From: an uncultured Candidatus Saccharibacteria bacterium
Lineage (GTDB): Bacteria; Patescibacteriota; Minisyncoccia; Phycocordibacterales; CAZPGN01
DNA: 64,000 nucleotides
Direction: 5' to 3'
NCBI GenBank assembly: GCA_964586635.1
Contig: CAZPGN010000003.1
Location: 8,945 to 72,944, forward strand
The notes below the pieces were generated by a model. The model was not told where the DNA came from and searched no databases. It worked only from the letters and a program-made list of their open reading frames with translations. The translations under genes were made by a program, and so were the position numbers. Of this stretch, positions 1 through 7,873 are shown piece after piece. Position 1 is the stretch's first letter, and the number at the start of each line of letters is the position of its first letter.

Positions 1-383
1 ATCTTGCCGCGAGGAATACACGATTTGATGGCGCCGAACACGTCGTCATAGAGCTCCTTATCCACCTCCTGTTGTTTCCCGCTCGAGAGAAAATCGAGGG
101 CCTTTTTGTTAGAAACCGCGTCCTCGTTATAAAAACGGACAACGGCGTCTTCTTTCATCTGCGGATTAACATATACAAGCGAACATCTATTGCATCGCAC
201 GAAACTGAAGCCATTCTTTGTGAAGACTTCCGTATACTTCTTCCAGTTGCAGAGACGACACGATATTGCCTCGACAAGCTTTTTATGAACGCGTCCCGTC
301 TTCTGGTCAATAAGCGCATCTAATTCAGAATCACGCGCCTCAAAGAACTGGTTCCTCTTTGTAAGCTTGTCGAATGTGGACAT
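1..383 (-). CDS. SAM-dependent methyltransferase with N-terminal Zn-ribbon (C-methyltransferase-like N-terminus); 3' end runs off the window
   Basis: Not in the ORF track because no stop lies in the window. Minus-strand translation from ATG (plus-strand cat at 381–383) gives MSTFDKLTKRNQFFEARDSELDALIDQKTGRVHKKLVEAISCRLCNWKKYTEVFTKNGFSFVRCNRCSLVYVNP... The CxxC...CxxC zinc ribbon resembles the N-termini of the methyltransferases at 24304–25569 and 27187–28074. Confidence 0.5.
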   Translation of the reverse strand, partial: MSTFDKLTKRNQFFEARDSELDALIDQKTGRVHKKLVEAISCRLCNWKKYTEVFTKNGFSFVRCNRCSLVYVNPQMKEDAVVRFYNEDAVSNKKALDFLSSGKQQEVDKELYDDVFGAIKSCIPRGK

Positions 384-400
384 AAAAGCATCGCGCGCGA

Positions 401-1669
401 TTATTGTTTTCGTGTTGATGGCGGCACGAGGGGCGTCTGTTGCAAGACTCCGAGCACTCGTTGTCCCGTTGCGGGGGGCTTCGGTTGGTTCATTTGCATC
501 GGAACCTTTCCTCGCTGGAATGTCCAACGGATGTGCGGATGCACTATATCGCGATCGATGTGTTCGCGCGCCACCATGATCTTTTTCATCATGCGCTCGA
601 TGACTTGTTCTGTTAAGAGATGCGGCATAAGACCAAGGTCAATGAGGGATGTATTTTTCGCATTGAAGTAGTGTTCTTCAGATTCGACTCGCGGATTATC
701 AGTATGCTCCACGGAAACTTTGATTCGAAGACTCTCGCCAACCTCCTTAACTTTTTTTGCGAGGTCTATGATGCTGAACATTTCCGTGAACTGGTTAAAG
801 ACACGAAACTCGCCGACTTTGGCTGGATTTGACACGGCGATTTCAATGCACTTAATAGTATCGCGGATATTGAGGAAGCCGCGGCTCTGACCGCCTTTGC
901 CATAAACTGTTAGCGGTATTCCGGCAACAGCTTGCGTTGCGAAGCGGTTCAGCACCGTGCCAAACACTTCATCGTAATGGAAGCTCGTCAGGAATTCGGG
1001 GTGGAAATCGGTCTCTTCCGTCTCAATGCCATACACAATCCCTTGATTGAGATCGGTGGCGCGCATTCCCCAGATGCGACATGCAAACTCTATATTATGG
1101 CTGTCGTGCACTTTTGATAGATGGTAGAAGGACCCGGGACGCTTTGGATAAAGCATGCGGTCTTTGCGCCCATTGTGCTCTAGCTCTATCCACCCCTCCT
1201 CAATGTCGATATTCGGCGTGCCATATTCTCCCATCGTTCCCAATTTAACTAGATGAGCGTCAGGACAATGCCGCTTCATGGCGAAGACGACATTCAATGT
1301 GCCTGATATGTTGTTCACTTGCGTATGCACCGCATTGAGGCGAGAGTGCATCGAGTAAGGAGCAGAGGGCTGTTCCGCGTAGTGCACTATCGCATCCGGG
1401 TGAAATGCGCGAAAGATGGTGTACACAAAGCGATGGTTCGCGGCAATATCCCCGACATACAGCTTTATCGGCTTTTCGCCTGAATTGTTCCATAGGCGAA
1501 CGCGCCGCTGGAGTGTAGGAATATGGAAGAGCGGGGTAACGCCCATCTCTGCCTCCCACGCGCGTTTTGAGAGATTATCAACGATGGCGACTTGATGGCC
1601 CCTTCGGGCAAAGTGCATCGCTGTCGGCCATCCCAAATATCCATCTCCGCCCAGAATAATGATGCGCAT
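401..1669 (-). CDS. sqdB: UDP-sulfoquinovose synthase (SQD1/SqdB/Agl3 family NAD-dependent epimerase/dehydratase)
   Basis: GDGYLGWPTAMH Rossmann start. Diagnostic SQD1 motifs: LVKLGTMGEYGTPNIDIEEG, SFYHLSKVHDSHNI, ATDLNQG, VYGKGGQSRGF, NPAKVGEFRVFNQFTE, NPRVESEEHYFNAKNT. Confidence 0.85.
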   Translation of the reverse strand: MRIIILGGDGYLGWPTAMHFARRGHQVAIVDNLSKRAWEAEMGVTPLFHIPTLQRRVRLWNNSGEKPIKLYVGDIAANHRFVYTIFRAFHPDAIVHYAEQPSAPYSMHSRLNAVHTQVNNISGTLNVVFAMKRHCPDAHLVKLGTMGEYGTPNIDIEEGWIELEHNGRKDRMLYPKRPGSFYHLSKVHDSHNIEFACRIWGMRATDLNQGIVYGIETEETDFHPEFLTSFHYDEVFGTVLNRFATQAVAGIPLTVYGKGGQSRGFLNIRDTIKCIEIAVSNPAKVGEFRVFNQFTEMFSIIDLAKKVKEVGESLRIKVSVEHTDNPRVESEEHYFNAKNTSLIDLGLMPHLLTEQVIERMMKKIMVAREHIDRDIVHPHIRWTFQRGKVPMQMNQPKPPATGQRVLGVLQQTPLVPPSTRKQ

Positions 1670-1693
1670 ACTGAATCGTTCCGTTACGCTAAA

Positions 1694-2392
1694 TTACATC
1701 GTGTGCAAGCCGCACTCTCCCCCAACATTTGTCGTGCCGCCAAATCGTCCCGCACGCTCAAACTGGCCTTGACGACCGCCGCCTGCTCGAACCTTACCTT
1801 CTGTGGTGCATGGCTTGCATCCGAGCGAGGCATACCCCGCGTCGTAAAGCGGATGATAGCTTAGGCCATTCTCCTTTATGTACGACCACACATCATCCTT
1901 GTCCCAAAACGCGATGGGATTCACTTTGACTATCTTGCCTGGTTCAAAAATGCGGATATTCTGACGATATTCAGTCTCGTCGCGGCGCAAGCCCGTGAAC
2001 CACGCGTCATAACCCTTCATCGCGGCTTCGATGGCGGGTATCTTCATCTCACAGCATTTGTACTGGTCATTCTTGATGAACGAGTCCCCGTAGGCGGCGT
2101 CAATCTGTGCGCGTTCTTCGGGAGATGCGGTTACCCAGCGGAAGTTCATTCCGGTTTCTTTTACCAAATCTTCCCCGAATTGCATCGTTTCCGGAAATTC
2201 ATAACCGGTATCAATGCCAATAAAATGAAAATTAGGATCTATCGCCATGATAAGATCCACGAGAACGCGAGAGTCCTTGCCAAATGAGCATGCGACGAAG
2301 CTTTTCGGATGCCTCCGAATCGCATTATCGATAATAATCTTGGACAACTCAACTTTTTGGGTGAGATTCATATGTGTTTTATCTCCTGCCAA
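1694..2392 (-). CDS. cysH: Phosphoadenosine-phosphosulfate / adenylylsulfate reductase (CysH family, PAPS_reduct)
   Basis: PP-loop SFGKDSRVLVDL, CCEMKIPAIE, and the C-terminal ECGLH motif characteristic of CysH. The start may be the internal M (MNLTQKV) with GGAGAT upstream. Confidence 0.75.
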   Translation of the reverse strand: MAGDKTHMNLTQKVELSKIIIDNAIRRHPKSFVACSFGKDSRVLVDLIMAIDPNFHFIGIDTGYEFPETMQFGEDLVKETGMNFRWVTASPEERAQIDAAYGDSFIKNDQYKCCEMKIPAIEAAMKGYDAWFTGLRRDETEYRQNIRIFEPGKIVKVNPIAFWDKDDVWSYIKENGLSYHPLYDAGYASLGCKPCTTEGKVRAGGGRQGQFERAGRFGGTTNVGGECGLHTM

Positions 2393-2525
2393 TTAATAAT
2401 GTAGCCGCGCATCGCGCAAGCATTTGTCGACTACAACAGTTATACCATCCCTAAAGTTACATCCACAATATAGACAGGGTGCGTAATCCGTGCGGAAGTA
2501 AATACGGCGCCCCTTGCAGGAGGGT

Positions 2526-2547
2526 CGAAGGGGTCAGGAGCCTTCAT
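2526..2547. repeat. REP-like palindromic hairpin element, copy 1 (orientation A: GAAGGggtcaggagCCTTCAT)
   Basis: Perfect inverted repeat ATGAAGG/CCTTCAT around a 9-nt loop. Same element at 2781, 25636 and 57146. Confidence 0.7.
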
Positions 2548-2565
2548 GCATGATATACCCAATTA

Positions 2566-2784
2566 ATGCCTCGTTCACCGCGCACCGATGTTGCTGATAC
2601 GGTCTATCACGTAATCAACCGCGCAAATGCGCTGAACGAACCGCAATCAGATGAGGAGCTTGCCGCACTACGGCTTGCTGTCAATCGTGGTCGACCGTTC
2701 GGAAGTGACAAATGGCTCGAGCGCTGCGTTGAACAGTTCAACCTGCGTTCGACACTACGCAACCGTGGTGGGCAGAGAAAATGA
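2566..2784 (+). pseudogene. Internally deleted Y1 (HUH) transposase remnant, IS200-like/RAYT (COG1943-type)
   Basis: 72-aa ORF keeps the N-terminal motif MPR...VYHVINRAN (cf. MPR..R...G..HHV.QRGNRRQ) and the C-terminal motif NRGRPFGSDKWLERCVEQFNLRSTLRNRGGQRK (cf. GRP.GSE.FV.RLE...GR.LRP.KRG.KPK). The catalytic HuH/Tyr core is missing. Flanked by inverted REP-like copies. Confidence 0.45.
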
Positions 2785-2803
2785 AGGCTCCTGACCCCTT
2801 CAT
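2781..2803. repeat. REP-like palindromic hairpin element, copy 2 (orientation B, inverted relative to copy 1)
   Basis: ATGAAGGctcctgaccCCTTCAT. Overlaps the stop codon of the 2800–4158 gene. Confidence 0.7.
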
Positions 2804-4158
2804 CTCTCGCCGAGTATTGCCGCGGCAATCCGCGCGCCCGCTGTGCCGTCCACTTTAGAGCACTGCTCTCGCACCAGGCGTTCTCTTCCGGAGCGATCGA
2901 TCGATGGGTCTTCGAGGTAACGGTCGATCCACTCCACAAGCTCTTCCTTTGACTTCGCCATGTGTATCCCTCCCGCGAGGAGTCCGCGGGAGTAGTGCTC
3001 GGTCTCGTAGCGGCGCGTTGGCGTTTGGAACGGACCTTGCCCGTTTCGCACTTCAAATCCAATATTGATAATTGGCTTGTCAAAGAGCGCGGCATCTATC
3101 GCAAGACTCGATGCATACGAAACAAAAAGCGAAGCATGATAGAGCGTATTCTTCAGATGGCGCAACTCATCAAACCGCATGTCCCAATCCATTCCCCGCA
3201 GAGCGCCAAATCGCACGCCGGGAATATCGTAACGGAGCCATGGCCGTTCCGCGTGCCGAGCATCGAACGAGTCGTTCGGGAGAAAGCGCACGAAGAAATT
3301 ATATGGTCTTTGCGCCCGTTTCTCCATCTCGTTATGGAACAGATCTATCATATCCCAATCAGAATCGCTCCATGTGCTTCCCATTGGGCTGAATACGACA
3401 AGCGGCAGGCGAGAATCCATTTTAATTTTCTTAAAAAAATCCTCTCTCGAAATAATTCCATCGGTATTTGTATAGTCATCGTATTGAGGAGGACCCGATA
3501 CAACGATTCGCTCCGGCTGAATATCCACAAACCGCAAGGCGTCCTCCAGAACGAAATCACTTGGAACTATCAGTGTGTCGGGATGCAAACGCACCGACCC
3601 GCGCGATGTTGTTTTATCCCATGAGTTAATGAAGCCAATAGTGCGAATGCCGCGCGCTCGCGCCGCCCGAAGCATGCTTGTCTCTATGTCACTGAAGAGA
3701 TTAGATAGAAAGACGCAGTCTGGTTCATAGCGATGAAAAACATCATCAAATGACGATTCCCAACAGAGACGATAATCAAGGAACCGAACAAATTGCCGCA
3801 CCGCAGGCCGGGCAAGGAGCATGGTGGCAAGCGAACTAGCCATATAACGAAGGCGGTTTCGGCTTTCTTCGTAGACAAGTCGCTTGTATAACCGCATCGT
3901 TTTCGTCTGTATAAGGTACTGTCGTACGAATTCAAAAATCCCATTCAAACGCGACAGCCGTGGCTTTTCCACTACTTCGTAATACAGATTCTGGTGGTCA
4001 TATTCAGCTCGATAAAAATCAGCGCGTTCTTTGCTTTTTACAAACAGCACAACACGCGCACCTGAATCGAGGAGAGCGCCGAGGATATTGGTGCGCAGAA
4101 TGCTTTTCGCTTCTACGCCAACCAAAATCGATATGAAAATTGTTTTTTGTATTGCCAA
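2800..4158 (-). CDS. TagB/TagF-like CDP-alcohol (glycerol/ribitol-phosphate) transferase family protein (Glyphos_transf-like)
   Basis: Paralogous to 28065–29474, 29471–30961 and 30880–32229. Shared FINSWDK...SRG and ...SGPPQYDDY motifs match the TagF-family ...tGyPRnD signature. Confidence 0.5.
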   Translation of the reverse strand: MAIQKTIFISILVGVEAKSILRTNILGALLDSGARVVLFVKSKERADFYRAEYDHQNLYYEVVEKPRLSRLNGIFEFVRQYLIQTKTMRLYKRLVYEESRNRLRYMASSLATMLLARPAVRQFVRFLDYRLCWESSFDDVFHRYEPDCVFLSNLFSDIETSMLRAARARGIRTIGFINSWDKTTSRGSVRLHPDTLIVPSDFVLEDALRFVDIQPERIVVSGPPQYDDYTNTDGIISREDFFKKIKMDSRLPLVVFSPMGSTWSDSDWDMIDLFHNEMEKRAQRPYNFFVRFLPNDSFDARHAERPWLRYDIPGVRFGALRGMDWDMRFDELRHLKNTLYHASLFVSYASSLAIDAALFDKPIINIGFEVRNGQGPFQTPTRRYETEHYSRGLLAGGIHMAKSKEELVEWIDRYLEDPSIDRSGRERLVREQCSKVDGTAGARIAAAILGER

Positions 4159-4161
4159 GGT

Positions 4162-5223
4162 CTACGCAACATCCTCAAGCTGGACCTGCTCATCTTCTTC
4201 AAGCGCACGCTTCAGCTTCTTCCCGACTATTTTCGAGATATACTCGGGTCCAATGCCGCCCTTAAACGGCCTTTTCAGGAGCAACATGTCCCTCGAGAGC
4301 GTCATCCCTTTTTCAAGCGCAGTTGCGGCAACAATGCTCTGTCCCGCCCAATTCCTGCCCGATACCAGCATTTCTTGGCGCCGTTTCTCTGGAATGACGG
4401 CGCTGGATTTTTCCAATTCTCTCACCTTTCGAACGAAATCATTCCATTCCGCCGGCGTAAGAGCGCCTGGATTGTCGAGCGATCGCGGGTCATTCTTATC
4501 GAAGGTCAGATGTTTTTCGATTATCGGGGCGCCAAGCGCAACTGCCGCGAGCAACACATGGTCGCCAACCGAGTGGTCGGAAAAACCGACAGGTATGGAA
4601 AGTATCTTTTCGAGATGCTTCATGCGATGGAGGTCTACCAACTCATATGGGGTCGGGTAGAGGGTCGTGCAATGCATGGCGATAACTCCATCAGCGCCCC
4701 CGTCCTGGAGCGTTTTTACCGCCTTAATCGCTTCCTTATCCGTCTGCAAACCAAAAGAAACTATGACTGTCTTTCCCGTTTTCGCAACCTTCTTAAGGAA
4801 GTCGATATTATGCGACTCGCCCGACCCGATCTTTATCACTGGACATTCAAGCTCATATGCCAAATATTCAAGCGCAACCTCATCATGCGGCGATGCGAAC
4901 CAGTCAATAGCTCCACCACCGCGAAGCGAAACATATTCCTTGAGATGAGAGATGTCTTCATTTGACAGCTCCTTGTACTTCATCCGTCGATACCAATCAT
5001 ACCCGAGTTCCTTCTCATGCTTTTTTGCCGCGAATCGAGATACTATCAGTTCTGTTTTTGTAAACTGATACTTAATTGCGTCGGCGCGGGCCGCAATGGC
5101 CGCATTTGCTTGGCGTTTCGCTATCTCAACGTCGCCATAGTTCGTCACTCCGGCTTCGGCAATGATATATACCGGCTCGTTCGGGCCAATTTTTTTGTTG
5201 AATATACGCACTGATCTGTTCAT
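4162..5223 (-). CDS. neuB: N-acetylneuraminate / nonulosonic acid synthase (NeuB/PseI/LegI family) with C-terminal SAF domain
   Basis: PVYIIAEAGVTNYGD motif, TIM-barrel NeuB signature, C-terminal antifreeze-like domain. Confidence 0.8.
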   Translation of the reverse strand: MNRSVRIFNKKIGPNEPVYIIAEAGVTNYGDVEIAKRQANAAIAARADAIKYQFTKTELIVSRFAAKKHEKELGYDWYRRMKYKELSNEDISHLKEYVSLRGGGAIDWFASPHDEVALEYLAYELECPVIKIGSGESHNIDFLKKVAKTGKTVIVSFGLQTDKEAIKAVKTLQDGGADGVIAMHCTTLYPTPYELVDLHRMKHLEKILSIPVGFSDHSVGDHVLLAAVALGAPIIEKHLTFDKNDPRSLDNPGALTPAEWNDFVRKVRELEKSSAVIPEKRRQEMLVSGRNWAGQSIVAATALEKGMTLSRDMLLLKRPFKGGIGPEYISKIVGKKLKRALEEDEQVQLEDVA

Positions 5224-5293
5224 GTTGATTGATACATTCGCATTTTACATATTGGAAAACAATACACAATCAGTCAAAGTTACCCGCGTCGAG

Positions 5294-6517
5294 TCAAGCC
5301 ACTTTCTTTTCCAAGAGCCTCTCGTCGAGAGATAGTTTTTTTAGTATTTGAATGATTTTTTCGGAAGCGTGACCATCGCCAAGATGCGGTCGGGCACGAG
5401 CTATCCGTTCGCGAAATGCGCCATCATTGATGCATTTATTGATCGCGGCTCGAATCGCTTTTTTGCCCGCAGTAATGTCGAGAACATTGATATTTCTTGT
5501 TCGCCCGATCTGTCGAATCCCGATATTGATAGCCGGTAACTTGAAGTATGGCGCCTCAACGAGCGCGCTTGAAGAATTCCCGACAATGAAGGAGGCATTG
5601 GCAAGAAGGCCATGAAAGTCGAATGCTTCGATATTTTTATGGACATGAAGGAGCGGCGAACCTTTCTTTTCTTCGATCGCGCGAATGATTCCATCATATC
5701 CGGGGTCGGAACAAGGATACATGATAATTGCCGGCAGTCTGGCATATTCGAGCTCGTCCAGAATGAGCCGCATATCGCGATAATTTTCTTCACGGGACTT
5801 TAATGTCTCGGGGTGATATATCACGATCGCAAAAGACCCCGTCTCGGGCATACGATACTTCCGACAAGCATCTCTCGGGTCACGATAATTCTTGGCAACA
5901 ATACGATCAACATACACCGATCCTGTCTCGTGGATACGCCACGGTTCTTCACCGAGCGCACGAAGAATTTTTGCCGCTTTTCTTGTTTCCGGAAAATGAA
6001 TGTGCGCAAGCTTGGAAATTGCATGTCGCTGTGTGTCGTCTATATTCCCCGATATTTCTCCTCCTTGCGTATGCGCGACTGGAATGTTCTGCGCGATCGC
6101 AGCGAGCGCGACCATCAGGTGTTCGGCGCGGTCGGCGTGCACAATCACGATATCTGGCGCAAGTCGCTCGAGAGCTCGCGCCGCAAGAGAGAGACACTTC
6201 CCCAGATTCTCGGCTCGCGCCGCAGGTTCGTCGCAAACTCCCGTCCCCATATCCAGAACCTCGATCCTCGCTTTTGGAAAGAGCTTCCGCGCCTCATCCG
6301 CTGTCCTTCCGAATGTCGCCGATGCATGCATATCGGAAAGAAGTATCTGGAGTCTCAATTCCGAATCGTCCTCAATGAGTCTCATGAGTTTGACATATGC
6401 GCCCAACCCGCCGCGCTTGCCGGAAAACACGCACAGCGTGCGTGGTCGATTCTGTTTTTTTGCACTTTTTTTCATAGAATGGATGGCGTCACCCAACTGC
6501 TTGGCGAGTGTGAGCAA
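5294..6517 (-). CDS. neuC: UDP-N-acetylglucosamine 2-epimerase (hydrolysing; NeuC/LegG family)
   Basis: VHADRAEHLMVALAAIAQNIPVAHTQGGEISG (2-epimerase HxE motif region), GT-B-like fold. The start may be the internal M (MKKSAKK). Confidence 0.7.
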   Translation of the reverse strand: MLTLAKQLGDAIHSMKKSAKKQNRPRTLCVFSGKRGGLGAYVKLMRLIEDDSELRLQILLSDMHASATFGRTADEARKLFPKARIEVLDMGTGVCDEPAARAENLGKCLSLAARALERLAPDIVIVHADRAEHLMVALAAIAQNIPVAHTQGGEISGNIDDTQRHAISKLAHIHFPETRKAAKILRALGEEPWRIHETGSVYVDRIVAKNYRDPRDACRKYRMPETGSFAIVIYHPETLKSREENYRDMRLILDELEYARLPAIIMYPCSDPGYDGIIRAIEEKKGSPLLHVHKNIEAFDFHGLLANASFIVGNSSSALVEAPYFKLPAINIGIRQIGRTRNINVLDITAGKKAIRAAINKCINDGAFRERIARARPHLGDGHASEKIIQILKKLSLDERLLEKKVA

Positions 6518-7871
6518 ACCTGCGGAACCGTCTTGTTAAAAGCGCGATCAATTTCTTGTCGTCGGCCGTATATGACACGAGCTCGCCCCAAGCAAGAGGC
6601 ATCAGGAAACCTCCTTGAACCAAATGCCGATAGACAAGCATGGTCGTACCCGTAAGAGCAAGTATTTCAGCAACAGCAGTCCCCAAAATGCCAAACAACG
6701 GAATGAAGGCAATCAAGAAAACAAGGCTCGCAATAGATTGCACAGCTCTCGAAATGAAGATAAATCGCTGACGCCGCCATGCTATAAGGAACGCTCCGAT
6801 AAGCTTCCCGTATGTATATGCGGGAATTGATAGCGCAAGTAGAAGAAAGAGCGAGACAGATTCGCCAAACTTAGGGAACAGAAAATATACCGTGAGCGGA
6901 AACACGCCAGCTCCGAGAAATGCAAGCGCGCCGCCGGCAAGCAAGTAATACTTTCCGAGCACGCGCGAGAGCATTTTTGTATATTCTCTATTCTCGATCG
7001 TTCTCGGTATCAATGTCGCAAGCGTTTGCCGCGGGATGAAATTTTTCAAAAGGTCAACCGCCGTGTTTGCCACACCGAACACACCCACAGCTTCCGTGCC
7101 AAGAAAGAACTTCAGAAGCCATGGCCGGATGCGAACACCCGCATCGCGCACGAGCGTTTGCGGGATTTCCCATTTCCCGAAAGTTCGGATGATATCAGGC
7201 AATAGTGACCCTGACGCAGCTCTTATTTTATTCCAAGACCGCAACTGCGCCACGGTTGGACGCAAAAGAAATAAGAGTGCGACTATCGAAGCCGCGACCT
7301 GTGCCGCCACCACTTCAGCAATGCTCAATCGTCCGACAACAGCGAACGCCGCAAGTATCAAAGCTTGCGAGAACTTCTCTATCGCCGGCGCTTTCGCGGC
7401 GGTCCTGAAATCAAGCCGCAACTTGAGGAGCGTCAATGACAGAGTCTCGAGAGTCTCAATGATGAAAAGAATGGAGAGGATGCGGATCCAGAGGATTGCG
7501 TCAGGCCCAAACGAACTCGACAGGTACGGTGCTATGGCGAAGGTAATCAAAAAAGGGATAGCGCCCATACCCGTGCGAAAGAGCGCGTATTCAAAAAAGA
7601 GACGCTTGCTCTTGCCTTCTTCCGCTCGCGCGATCGAACGAGCGATATCATTGGTAACCGAATCTTGAAAAAGCGTCAGAAATAGGCCCGCGACAAGCGC
7701 ATAACCCGCGAGAAGAAGCTGATACACGCCGTACTGATATAGCGTAAGAGCGTCGAGTATGAAATAAATGCTCACTACGCCGATACTCTTCTGTATAAGA
7801 GTCCACGCGCCAATGGTCAACTCGCCATGGAGAAATGAGCGCGAAAATGAAAATTGTTTCGATTCATTCAT
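6489..7871 (-). CDS. Polysaccharide flippase (Wzx-like, MOP superfamily membrane protein)
   Basis: About 12 predicted TM helices. Sits in a glycan locus between neuC and the ABC exporter. Confidence 0.55.
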   Translation of the reverse strand: MNESKQFSFSRSFLHGELTIGAWTLIQKSIGVVSIYFILDALTLYQYGVYQLLLAGYALVAGLFLTLFQDSVTNDIARSIARAEEGKSKRLFFEYALFRTGMGAIPFLITFAIAPYLSSSFGPDAILWIRILSILFIIETLETLSLTLLKLRLDFRTAAKAPAIEKFSQALILAAFAVVGRLSIAEVVAAQVAASIVALLFLLRPTVAQLRSWNKIRAASGSLLPDIIRTFGKWEIPQTLVRDAGVRIRPWLLKFFLGTEAVGVFGVANTAVDLLKNFIPRQTLATLIPRTIENREYTKMLSRVLGKYYLLAGGALAFLGAGVFPLTVYFLFPKFGESVSLFLLLALSIPAYTYGKLIGAFLIAWRRQRFIFISRAVQSIASLVFLIAFIPLFGILGTAVAEILALTGTTMLVYRHLVQGGFLMPLAWGELVSYTADDKKLIALLTRRFRRFAHTRQAVG

Positions 7872-7873
7872 AT

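Noticed and set aside
2607-3624. Alternate-frame ORFs (162 aa minus; 220 and 106 aa plus) overlapping the first TagF-like gene
   Set aside because: No domain signatures. They overlap a paralogue-supported gene. Typical GC-rich shadow ORFs.
4031-4965. Plus-strand ORFs (209 and 272 aa) antisense to neuB and the TagF-like gene
   Set aside because: Antisense to confidently assigned genes. No motifs. Composition is consistent with shadow ORFs.
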